Source: Candidatus Enterousia sp. (GTDB lineage Bacteria; Pseudomonadota; Alphaproteobacteria; Rs-D84). Taken from it: DNA of 64,000 nucleotides. The notes beneath the pieces were generated by a model. It was not told the DNA's origin, did not search any database, and was given only the letters and a program-made list of their open reading frames with translations. Within the stretch, counting starts at the first letter, position 1. The number at the start of each line of letters is the position of its first letter. The stretch lies in assembly GCA_045530935.1 (NCBI GenBank), contig JAZSDC010000032.1, positions 1,223 through 65,222 of the forward strand, given 5' to 3'. Of the stretch, positions 54,400 to 62,377 are shown piece after piece. Made by a program: the position numbers and the translations under genes.

Positions 54400-55737
54400 A
54401 TGAAAAATAAAATATTTGCAACCATTGGTGGGGCGGTTGCCGCGCTGTGTCCATGGGTGACACATGCAGAAACATTTCCGACCGACGGAAATATGTTGGA
54501 AAACAAAACATACGAATCGGCGGCAACATACAATAATTTGGGCACATATGCGGGGTCGGTCAGTGCCACTGCAGAATACGCAGACATATTGTACAATGTT
54601 GGTGCGGGGCAATACCTGCCCGCGGGCAGCGAAGGCGTTGGCGCGGTGTGTACCGCGGGAAATTACTGTCCGGGGTTGACGAATGCCACATACAGCGCAA
54701 CAGATAACCAGGGACTGACCGCGTGTCCAAACGGATATCCAAATTCGGATGCGGGGGCCAGCATGAACACACAATGCTATACCACATGTACAGACAAATC
54801 GGTAATCGCACATGCGACGGCGGTCGCCGGAAATGATTACTATGGCAACGGCACGGACACATGTTATCCAACCGCATGCGATAATGGTTATCACACATAT
54901 AATGGTATAGAAATGGTCGAATCGGATCCATTGGTTCCAGGCGCAAACCCCAGTTTAGCAGGTACAAGTTTTGGCTATATCAATCCGAACGGCGATAAGT
55001 CCCAAGAAGGTGTTTTTGGCCTGACAGAAAACGGCACCTGGGGGGTCGCATATTCATATGGTAATGTATATGGTCAGGCCAGTTGTCAGTCATCAATAAC
55101 CGAATCTGTGGCGGGAAAGGAGTCATATTCTGGGATGATGTTAGATGAATCTACAAAACCTGAGGCCGACGATGTTCGCACTGCGTTGGAAACGGCGGGT
55201 GTAGATTCGGCGGCGGTTGATTCAGTTGTTGACATGCATGAAAAATATCTGGCTGGGGAAATTGATTTTGAGGAAGCGTATAAGACCGCGTTTGCCATAT
55301 TGGGCAGTGAATATGACGCAGATTTCAGCACAACCGCTTCGGGCCGATATTGTTTTTGTCAGATGACGGCATATAGTGCCAGTGGTTCCAGTGAGCTGAT
55401 ACCAGTCACATCGGCCCCCTGGGTCTTCATGAGCGACCTCAGCTCGAAGTTCGGTTGCGGGATCTCCTGCGCGTACGACTGTGCGCTCTGCATGCAGAAC
55501 GACGGCGCGTACGATCGCGCCTTCCGTGCTGCGGTGTTGGGGTCGCTTGGCACGCGGACGGTTGGTGTTTGCGCGGCAAACGAAATCAGTATTACGTGGG
55601 CGGACGCGGATCCGGCAGATGTTGCGGAAAATAACGCGGGCGTATGTACGTATGATGGCGACATCCGCACCCCGGTCAAGGCCATCACAAAGCCAGGTAA
55701 GACATTCAAGGGATGGAAATTTAACAAAGTGAATTAA
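54400..55737 (+). CDS. 445-aa secreted cysteine-rich protein with CP.G(Y) repeats and one C-terminal Listeria-Bacteroides-type repeat
   Basis: AAGGGGG SD 8 nt upstream. Signal peptide MKNKIFATIGGAVAALCPWVTHA. NYCPG..GLTACPNGYP, and C-terminal KPGKTFKGWKF. Confidence 0.8.
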   Translation: MKNKIFATIGGAVAALCPWVTHAETFPTDGNMLENKTYESAATYNNLGTYAGSVSATAEYADILYNVGAGQYLPAGSEGVGAVCTAGNYCPGLTNATYSATDNQGLTACPNGYPNSDAGASMNTQCYTTCTDKSVIAHATAVAGNDYYGNGTDTCYPTACDNGYHTYNGIEMVESDPLVPGANPSLAGTSFGYINPNGDKSQEGVFGLTENGTWGVAYSYGNVYGQASCQSSITESVAGKESYSGMMLDESTKPEADDVRTALETAGVDSAAVDSVVDMHEKYLAGEIDFEEAYKTAFAILGSEYDADFSTTASGRYCFCQMTAYSASGSSELIPVTSAPWVFMSDLSSKFGCGISCAYDCALCMQNDGAYDRAFRAAVLGSLGTRTVGVCAANEISITWADADPADVAENNAGVCTYDGDIRTPVKAITKPGKTFKGWKFNKVN

Positions 55738-55749
55738 ACATCCAAACGA

Positions 55750-56334
55750 ATGAAAAAGGCGTATGTTTTTTCAATCGCATTATCAGTATCGGCGAATTGT
55801 TTCGCCGATACTGATTTGTCTTTTTTGGCGCCAAACACTGTTATTCCAAATGCGTGTGTGTATAACAATACCGGGGTCTATTCAGATGAATTTGAAATGA
55901 TTCCAATCTGGGAAGATACCATATACACATGCGAACGCGGGTATTTCCTGCCTAAATTGTCTGAGGTTTGCGCACATTGCCCTGAAAATTCGTATTGTCC
56001 GGGTGGCAAATACACATATTCCGAAACGGCGGACACAGGCCTGAACGCATGCCCCGATGGAATGGTTGCGCCCGATGGTATGTGGGAACTGGCGCAATGT
56101 GGACGAAAATTCCATGTCGGCGATGGTTTTTTATATTTACGCACAGCGAAACAGACCGCACATGCGTTGCATTTTGATGTCAATGGTGACGGTATTGCAG
56201 ATTTCTTTGCCAATTTAAGTACAACAGATGTGGCGATTAGTAAGGATTCAACGCGCCGGATGAAGGTGCGAATGAATGACACAATTTATTTTGTTCACGA
56301 TGACACCGTGGATGTGTCAGCGGGGACAGAGTAA
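55750..56334 (+). CDS. 194-aa secreted cysteine-rich protein (CP.NSYCPGG / ACPDG motifs)
   Basis: Signal peptide MKKAYVFSIALSVSANCFA. Shares the Cys motif with 54400..55737. Confidence 0.8.
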   Translation: MKKAYVFSIALSVSANCFADTDLSFLAPNTVIPNACVYNNTGVYSDEFEMIPIWEDTIYTCERGYFLPKLSEVCAHCPENSYCPGGKYTYSETADTGLNACPDGMVAPDGMWELAQCGRKFHVGDGFLYLRTAKQTAHALHFDVNGDGIADFFANLSTTDVAISKDSTRRMKVRMNDTIYFVHDDTVDVSAGTE

Positions 56335-56375
56335 GTGGTTAGTGGTTAGTGTAAGTGGCCAGTGTCGGAAAAATC

Positions 56376-56398
56376 GTCATTCCCGCGAATGCGGGTAT
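56376..56398. repeat. REP-like hairpin gtcattcccgcgaatgcgggtat at the right cassette junction
   Basis: cccgc-gaat-gcggg stem-loop with the GTCATTC flank. Translates to the VIPANAGI string typical of such elements. Confidence 0.7.
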
Positions 56399-56774
56399 TT
56401 CGCTGTTTGATAATGCGATTGTTAAAAGTTTGTATTTAACCGGGGTGCATGAATATGATTTTACATATTCTGAAACAATCAGTAAACTGGCAGCAGAATT
56501 GGGTTGGCGTTTGGAATATCAGGTTCGTGAAGGGGTGAAATTATCCACCAATGGTTATTATCGTGAATATTTAAGTTATTCAGAATATGTGTCAACAGAC
56601 CTGGAACGTGATTTTAGTGCGGTTTTGCGTCTGGATACTAATTTATGGGGGGATTTGACGATGGGGCCATATGTTCAGTATCGCCGTGCCCGCGCGCGTG
56701 GTGCAGATGTGTATGGCAGTAATTTAATCATGGGGATTTCATTTAATTACATAACTTCGTTTGGTTTGAAGTAA
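56385..56774 (+). pseudogene. 5'-truncated duplicate of the C-terminal third of 52998..53855
   Basis: About 90% nt identity to 53463..53855. No signal peptide or N-terminal two thirds. The ORF-track start at 56355 lies in junction sequence. Confidence 0.7.
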
Positions 56775-56798
56775 TGGTTTTTATCAGTTCCTTTCTTG

Positions 56799-56824
56799 GT
56801 TGCCCCATGTGGGGCAATTTTTTT
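56799..56824 (+). terminator. duplicated rho-independent terminator
   Basis: Same ttgcccca-tg-tggggcaa plus T7 as at 53881. Confidence 0.8.
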
Positions 56825-56959
56825 GCCATCAAATGAAAGCGCCAGGAAAGAATGGGCGGTTTTTATATTTGCAATATTTTGTGAAAAAAGTTAGGATATT
56901 TAATGTGTCAGAATAATGTTTTAGTATTAAATACATAAATTCGATTAATCGGAGAGGGT

Positions 56960-57886
56960 ATGAAATTATTGATTATTTCATTTTTGCTTTGTATTCTGGG
57001 GTTTGATTGCAATGCTAAAATTGATAATCGTAAATATGCGGATTGGGGCGCCTATCCATATAATATGTTTGTATTGGTTAATTACAGTGGTACAGGTCAA
57101 TATGTTGCGCCCGATTTAATTTTGACCAGTTTGCATCTTGTTGATCAGACGTGCTATGATTCCGAATTGGATTATATTAATCAGCGTGGTTGCGATTTGT
57201 TGGATTCGTTGGAGCGTGAATACAAAGGGGATGTTGTTGCAGTTGGCAGACCATATTCTATTATGTCTGGTAAGCCTTTTGATGGTACAGGGTATTTGCC
57301 GTCGGATGATTGGGCGTTAATTCGGGTCAGGGATCCAAAATTTTTTCGTTATGATTATTTTAATGTATTGCCCCAGGCAAAAACTGGGAATGTGAATAAT
57401 GCGGGATTCGGTGCGATGCGTATCGTAACAGATGCAGAACTGAAAATCATACGCAAGAAATTTATCAGATTGGTGCGAGAAAGGTATCCTGTGAATGATA
57501 ATGATGATGTTGTCTTGAAAAGGATTCCTTTTACAGATTTTATTAGAGATTTGGATGATGCTTTGGGACAAGATGACGAAGATGGCCAAGCAATGGAACC
57601 GTTGTTTCAAGATGGGGATAAATTAAAATTCTCGAGATGCAGCATAGAAGATGTCGAAAATGGCTATTTCTATCACAGGTGTATGGGCGCACATGGTAAT
57701 TCGGGTGGCGCATTTTGGAGTGGTGATAATGATTTACATGGAATTTTAGCAACAGGGGCAGATTCATTTGATAAAAAAATAATGAAGCAAGGCAGTGGTG
57801 TAGATAGTAAATCTTTTTATGATGCCTTGATGCAGGCGATGATTTTATCAGAAGATAAAGAATTATCCACGTTGGACGTGGATTAA
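56960..57886 (+). CDS. secreted trypsin-like (S1) serine peptidase
   Basis: Signal peptide. His context LILTSLHLV, Asp context DDWALIRV, Ser context GAHGNSGGAFW. Confidence 0.75.
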   Translation: MKLLIISFLLCILGFDCNAKIDNRKYADWGAYPYNMFVLVNYSGTGQYVAPDLILTSLHLVDQTCYDSELDYINQRGCDLLDSLEREYKGDVVAVGRPYSIMSGKPFDGTGYLPSDDWALIRVRDPKFFRYDYFNVLPQAKTGNVNNAGFGAMRIVTDAELKIIRKKFIRLVRERYPVNDNDDVVLKRIPFTDFIRDLDDALGQDDEDGQAMEPLFQDGDKLKFSRCSIEDVENGYFYHRCMGAHGNSGGAFWSGDNDLHGILATGADSFDKKIMKQGSGVDSKSFYDALMQAMILSEDKELSTLDVD

Positions 57887-58241
57887 TAAAAAATGCACCG
57901 GCGGCGGGGCATTCGTTAGTGCGCGAACTGCGTTGGGGGTGTTCTGGCGTACTTATTGTCGAACCCTGGGTTCAAATATCCACGTTGCACGTGGATTAAT
58001 AAAAAATACCACACAAGGTGGTATTTTCTATTAATTCTGGCGCATCCAGAAGGATTGTTTAATTCCCATCACTGGCGTGATGGGCCCCTTTTCCCCGCGT
58101 AAGGTTCGAACATCGTTGGCACTCGTTCTCACCAACTATCGGGTCGAACCCTGGGTTCAAATATCCACGTTGGACGTGGATTAATAAAAAATACCACACA
58201 AGGTGGTATTTTCTATTAATTCTGGCGCATCCAGAAGGATT
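57865..58241 (-). repeat. tRNA-Arg-linked repeat array (elements E2/E3)
   Basis: Three copies of the 30-bp hairpin module atccacgttg(g/c)acgtggattaataaaaaat (57865, 57978, 58163). A 99-bp direct repeat 57958..58056 = 58143..58241 (1 mismatch) contains the tRNA-Arg terminator and 19 nt of its 3' end. Confidence 0.85.
58185..58209 (-). terminator. rho-independent terminator of tRNA-Arg (duplicated at 58000..58024)
   Basis: Minus strand: ataccac-cttgt-gtggtat plus T6. Confidence 0.8.
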
Positions 58242-58299
58242 CGAACCCTCAGTCTTCTGATCCGTAGTCAGATGCTTTATCCAGTTAAGCTATGGATGC
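58223..58299 (-). tRNA. tRNA-Arg (anticodon ACG)
   Basis: 77-nt cloverleaf. Acceptor GCATCCA/TGGATGC, anticodon loop CTACGGA, T-loop GTTCGAA, encoded CCA. Confidence 0.95.
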
Positions 58300-58351
58300 A
58301 ACGGTTTGTTATTTTATACCTTTTTATTTAAAAAGCAAGTAAAAATATTAC

Positions 58352-58933
58352 TTATTTTGTCTTTTGTTTTATGCCGTGATACAGTTCATTATAGTGTTGA
58401 CGACATACCGATTTATAATTGCTGTCCCCCAGTGCAAATTGGTCGCCAGCGTGTACTACTGTGCCATCTGGGGCAAAGCGCAGATGATGTGTTGCCATTT
58501 TCATACAGCCGTTTATTTGACAGTTTGATTCCATGCGATGTAATTTTGCGCCAACTTCGATTAAGCGTTGAGATGCAGGAAATATTTTTTCATTGCTGTC
58601 TGTCATTAGTCCGTAACACATGACAATTTTTCCTTGGGTGTCGGCAATGTGTACCAGTTTATCAATGTCTGATGGGCTGAAAAATTGTACTTCATCAACC
58701 AATATGACACGTGTGTCTGGGGCGGGCGCATAGGATTGTAGATTTGGCATTGTCATTGCGTTCCATTCCAAACCGATTCGTGATACTATTTTTTCGTTGC
58801 CGAATCGTGTATCAAATGATGGTTTGATAACCTCAGTCTGGGTGCCGTTTTTAGTAAAGTTATGTGCATTTATAATCAGGGATGCTGATTTAGAACTGCT
58901 CATTACACCATAATGAAAATGCAAATTTGCCAT
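58352..58933 (-). CDS. tdk: thymidine kinase
   Basis: MANLHFHYGVMSSSKSASLI P-loop variant, VILVDEVQFF, C-terminal Cys pairs (C..GC / CRQHY). Confidence 0.9.
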   Translation of the reverse strand: MANLHFHYGVMSSSKSASLIINAHNFTKNGTQTEVIKPSFDTRFGNEKIVSRIGLEWNAMTMPNLQSYAPAPDTRVILVDEVQFFSPSDIDKLVHIADTQGKIVMCYGLMTDSNEKIFPASQRLIEVGAKLHRMESNCQINGCMKMATHHLRFAPDGTVVHAGDQFALGDSNYKSVCRQHYNELYHGIKQKTK

Positions 58934-58948
58934 TTTGATTCCTTTGCG

Positions 58949-59887
58949 TTATTTAAAGCTCATTGATTCTAGTCGTTTAATTCGTTGTTTGATTGGCGGG
59001 TGTGTTGCAAGTAAATTGCCGATAAATTTGCGTGGTGCTGTTGGGGTGGCAATACAGGCAGATGACATTGATTTTAACTTATCCAGACATTCGACCCGTG
59101 AATCAACACTAATTTTTTGCAAGGCGGATGCCAATGCGTGCGGATTTCGTGTTATATGTGCCCCGGTTGCGTCGGCATTGTATTCGCGGTTTCGCGATAT
59201 TGCCATATGTAATAACGGGGAAATAATAGAGTTAAATACAATAAAAGCCAACCACACAACATATAATATTGCCGCATTGTTGTTTTGTTCGTCGTCCGAA
59301 GAGCGATTTCCATACATCAGATTACGCCATATTATATCCTCAATAAAAACAGTAACACCAATGCCGGTTATTATCAGCATGTCTATTCTGATGTCGCGGT
59401 TACCGATGTGCGCCATTTCGTGTGCGATTACACCAGACAGTTCAGCGGTGTCCAGCTTTTTAATTATTCCGCGGGTCAGGGCGACTGATGCGTCGCGTGG
59501 TGTACGACCTGTGGCGAATGCGTTCAGCGAGTTGTCGTCAATTATGTATACGCGTGGTGTTGGCAGTCCCGCCGTCAGTGCAACATTTTCGACCAGCCGA
59601 TATATTTCGCGGTGTTCGCGGTTGTCGGGGGCGATTTCATGTGCGTGTGCTGCATTCAGCATCATTGAATCGCCAAATGCCCATGATATTATCATCCACA
59701 CACAGCACGCAATAATTGTTGGAATTGCAACAGATATGGTGGTTTCGATTGCCTGATTCAATGGGGCAACAATCAGTGTGAACAAAAATATTAGTGCAAT
59801 AAATATTAACGGAAACAGCATAATCAGCAATACTGTTTTCAGATTATTTTTACGAATATGGTCATATACCGTCTGAATTTTTGTCAC
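58949..59887 (-). CDS. htpX: M48-family zinc protease HtpX
   Basis: Four TM helices, HEMAHIGNRD zinc motif, EYNAD. Confidence 0.9.
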   Translation of the reverse strand: MTKIQTVYDHIRKNNLKTVLLIMLFPLIFIALIFLFTLIVAPLNQAIETTISVAIPTIIACCVWMIISWAFGDSMMLNAAHAHEIAPDNREHREIYRLVENVALTAGLPTPRVYIIDDNSLNAFATGRTPRDASVALTRGIIKKLDTAELSGVIAHEMAHIGNRDIRIDMLIITGIGVTVFIEDIIWRNLMYGNRSSDDEQNNNAAILYVVWLAFIVFNSIISPLLHMAISRNREYNADATGAHITRNPHALASALQKISVDSRVECLDKLKSMSSACIATPTAPRKFIGNLLATHPPIKQRIKRLESMSFK

Positions 59888-59992
59888 TTTGATTCCATTC
59901 CTGTTGTTTGTATTAATAGCAGATTTATTTTTATAAAAGCAAGTGCATAAGATTGTTTTTTAAATTAACATTTTTGTGATACAATATGTTAG

Positions 59993-61213
59993 ATGAACAA
60001 GAAAGGAATTGTTTTTTTATTGTTGGGTGTAACGTGTTCGGTGTCGGCGGCGCCCGAAGGCGCATTAATGCGCAGCGCGAAAAGTTTGTTGCGTCCACAA
60101 AAATTTCCAAAAGTGTTCAAAGATTTGCCTTTCCATGAACGTGTTGCCATAAAAGACGAAGGGTACGAGAACTATGATAGCGAATTTGATAAAAATGGAA
60201 TTTGTATTTCTGGGTGTGCATATCCAGGAATGACAATTGAAGAAGAAAAAAAAATTATTGCCCAGGCAACCCAGGAGTTTTATGAGGCTATAGAACAAAA
60301 TGGCGGGTTGGGTGATCGAATCCCAGGTGCTGGTTCGCCAGGTGGTTCGCCAGGTGGTTCGCCAGGTGGTTTGCCAGGTGGTTCACCAGGTGGTTCACCA
60401 GGTGGTTCGCCAGGTGGTTCGCCAGGTGGTTCGCCAGGTGGTTCGCCAGGTGGTTCGCCAGGTGGTTCGCCAGGTGGTTCACCAGGTGGTTCGCCAGGTG
60501 GTTCGCCGGGTGGTTCGCCAGGTGGTTCACCAGGTGGTTCACCAGGTGGTTCGCCAGGTGGTTCACCAGGTGGTTTGCCAGGTGGTTCGCCAGGTGGTTC
60601 GTTGGGTGGTAATGATAGGTGTCCTAAAGCAATTAGAGGTGTTGTTCCACCATTAAAAAGAGACTTGATTGTTGTATCTGATTTTGGATATAGAGATGTC
60701 ACCAGTGGTTCAAAAAATCATAAGGGGATTGATTTGCGGGCTGGGATAGGAACGCGGGTTTACGCGGCGGCGGCTGGGACGCTTTATTGTAATAGCGAGC
60801 TTAGAAGTGGAGGTGGAGGCTATTATGCGGAAGTGCACCATGGATTGCTGAATGAGAAAACTGTTAAAACAAAATATCTACATTTGAAGGCGGACTCTTG
60901 CAAGTGTACAAACTCTGCAGGCTGTTCTGTTGTGAAGGGGCAACAAATTGCGTTGTCTGGAAATACGCCCAGTGTGACCCCGCATCTGGATTATAGGGTT
61001 TTTTATGGTGGTGTAGCAATAGATCCATTGGGGTCGAAAGTGGCACCGTATTATATAGATAATGGTGTGTTTAGGCAATGGCCTGCCCAGCCCAATGTTT
61101 TTCTGTCGGCGCCGTATAAAATTAAGCGAGGGCTTACCAGTAAGCGTGTAAAAGGTAAAACAGAAGAACAGTTGATACAAGATTTCCCGTGTTGTTCAGG
61201 ATATTCTAATTAA
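59993..61213 (+). CDS. M23 (LytM) peptidase with a (GGSP)n linker
   Basis: Signal peptide, ~23 GG(S/L)P repeats, HKGIDLRAG and HLDYRV M23 motifs. Confidence 0.85.
   Translation: MNKKGIVFLLLGVTCSVSAAPEGALMRSAKSLLRPQKFPKVFKDLPFHERVAIKDEGYENYDSEFDKNGICISGCAYPGMTIEEEKKIIAQATQEFYEAIEQNGGLGDRIPGAGSPGGSPGGSPGGLPGGSPGGSPGGSPGGSPGGSPGGSPGGSPGGSPGGSPGGSPGGSPGGSPGGSPGGSPGGSPGGSPGGLPGGSPGGSLGGNDRCPKAIRGVVPPLKRDLIVVSDFGYRDVTSGSKNHKGIDLRAGIGTRVYAAAAGTLYCNSELRSGGGGYYAEVHHGLLNEKTVKTKYLHLKADSCKCTNSAGCSVVKGQQIALSGNTPSVTPHLDYRVFYGGVAIDPLGSKVAPYYIDNGVFRQWPAQPNVFLSAPYKIKRGLTSKRVKGKTEEQLIQDFPCCSGYSN
60326..60610 (+). repeat. 12-nt tandem repeat (ggtggttcgcca), about 23 copies, in frame
   Basis: Read directly. 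Variants are tcg/tca/ttg at the third codon of the unit. Confidence 0.95.
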
Positions 61214-61580
61214 TAATAATTTTCTTGAATTTTACGGAAAAGCTGCCGTTGTTGATGGGGGAAAACGATACGATATGCGGGCTAAGCAGGCTGTCGCGTG
61301 CCCATTGTTGAAATTTTATCTTTAATATGCCACTGGCACCAGTGATTATGGTCGCAGTGTGTGTTCCAGATTGGGCTAATTCCATAATGGCGGTCCATGC
61401 CTGTTCTTCGGTTAATTGGTGTAAGTCCAATGTTGCGTGTTTTTGTGGGGCAGGTGGGGCGTATGGAATGCGACGTGACAGTTGCAGTTCGCGACGTATA
61501 ATGTTGCGCGTGTCTGTGTCGTTTGGCGTAAATTGTTCGCCAATCATTTCCATAATGTCGCGGTCTGTTAATTGTTTCAT
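61206..61580 (-). CDS. Smr domain-containing protein
   Basis: LDLHQLTEEQAW..ATIITGASGILK matches the Smr (MutS2 C-terminal) core. Overlaps the prmC stop. Confidence 0.75.
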   Translation of the reverse strand: MKQLTDRDIMEMIGEQFTPNDTDTRNIIRRELQLSRRIPYAPPAPQKHATLDLHQLTEEQAWTAIMELAQSGTHTATIITGASGILKIKFQQWARDSLLSPHIVSFSPINNGSFSVKFKKIIIN

Positions 61581-62356
61581 CGTTGTACCATTGTGAATAT
61601 TAATACACGTTCAATTCCACCCAGGTCGTATTCACAGCGCTGTAAATTCCATCCGTTGGATATAAATATGTTTTTTATGTCTGTTCCCTGATCAATGCCA
61701 ATTTCCAGGTACAATTTGCCGCCTGGTTTTAGCCAGTTTTTTGCATTCTGGGCGATTGATTTATATGCCGCTAATCCATTGTCGTCGGCGTACAGTGCCA
61801 TTTCTGGGTCGTGTTGTGCGCCGTCGTCAACGCGTGTGTCGTTGCGCGCAATGTATGGTGGATTTGATACGATTATATCAAATGTTGTGTGAAAATTATG
61901 TTGACGGTCAAACGTTGTTCGGATGGTTTTTATTTTTTGCCCCAGTCCCAGTTTAAATATGTTCTTGTTCGCAATGCGTAATGCGCGCCATGATTTATCA
62001 ATTGCAATACCAGATGTGTTTTGTGTGTTTTTGATAATTGCACATATTATGCATCCGGTTCCTGTTCCCAGGTCCAGTATTTGTCGCGGTGTGTCATCTG
62101 ACAGGTCGGAAATCACCGCAGAAACCAATGTTTCGGTGTCTGGACGTGGATCTAATGTGTACATGTTTGTATAAAAAGACAGACCATAAAACCATTTTTT
62201 GCCAATTATTTTCGCAACAGGTATTCCGCGACGTAGTTTTCGCGCCATGCGCCATACAGAATATCTGGAAAATTTTTTTGTATTTTCCGTGATTATTCGC
62301 GCTGCGCGTATGCCGCCTGCTTTTTGTAAGGTTGTGAATGCTTGATTTATTTTCAT
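61577..62356 (-). CDS. prmC: peptide chain release factor N(5)-glutamine methyltransferase
   Basis: ILDLGTGTGCI SAM motif, IVSNPPYI catalytic NPPY, PRPDTE. Confidence 0.85.
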   Translation of the reverse strand: MKINQAFTTLQKAGGIRAARIITENTKKFSRYSVWRMARKLRRGIPVAKIIGKKWFYGLSFYTNMYTLDPRPDTETLVSAVISDLSDDTPRQILDLGTGTGCIICAIIKNTQNTSGIAIDKSWRALRIANKNIFKLGLGQKIKTIRTTFDRQHNFHTTFDIIVSNPPYIARNDTRVDDGAQHDPEMALYADDNGLAAYKSIAQNAKNWLKPGGKLYLEIGIDQGTDIKNIFISNGWNLQRCEYDLGGIERVLIFTMVQR

Positions 62357-62370
62357 ATTGCTATTATAAT
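62342..62370 (+). promoter_or_regulatory. consensus-like sigma70 promoter positioned for a leaderless transcript of the M23 gene
   Basis: TTGATT (62342..62347), 17-nt spacer, TATAAT (62365..62370), then 7 nt to the ATG at 62378. No SD. Confidence 0.55.
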
Positions 62371-62377
62371 CGGTGTC

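Noticed and set aside
53463-56824. The two ~440-bp copies as a diversity-generating retroelement template/variable repeat pair.
   Set aside because: The ~10% differences are spread over all four bases (A/G, T/C, T/G, indel) rather than confined to adenines of one copy. No reverse transcriptase gene is nearby.
57895-57957. The GC-rich 60-nt stretch after the protease gene as a terminator or small RNA.
   Set aside because: I could find no stable hairpin with a T-run. It is better explained as a leftover of foreign DNA within the tRNA-Arg-linked repeat array.
57865-58241. A prophage or genomic island integrated at tRNA-Arg.
   Set aside because: The segment between the duplicated tRNA 3' ends is only ~170 bp and contains no ORF. 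No integrase, excisionase or phage gene occurs within the window.
60326-60610. The regular 12-nt repeat as a CRISPR-like array.
   Set aside because: The period is only 12 nt with no unique spacers. It is in frame inside an M23 peptidase ORF and encodes (GGSP)n. The minus-strand PPGE and LANH ORFs are mirror frames of the same repeat.
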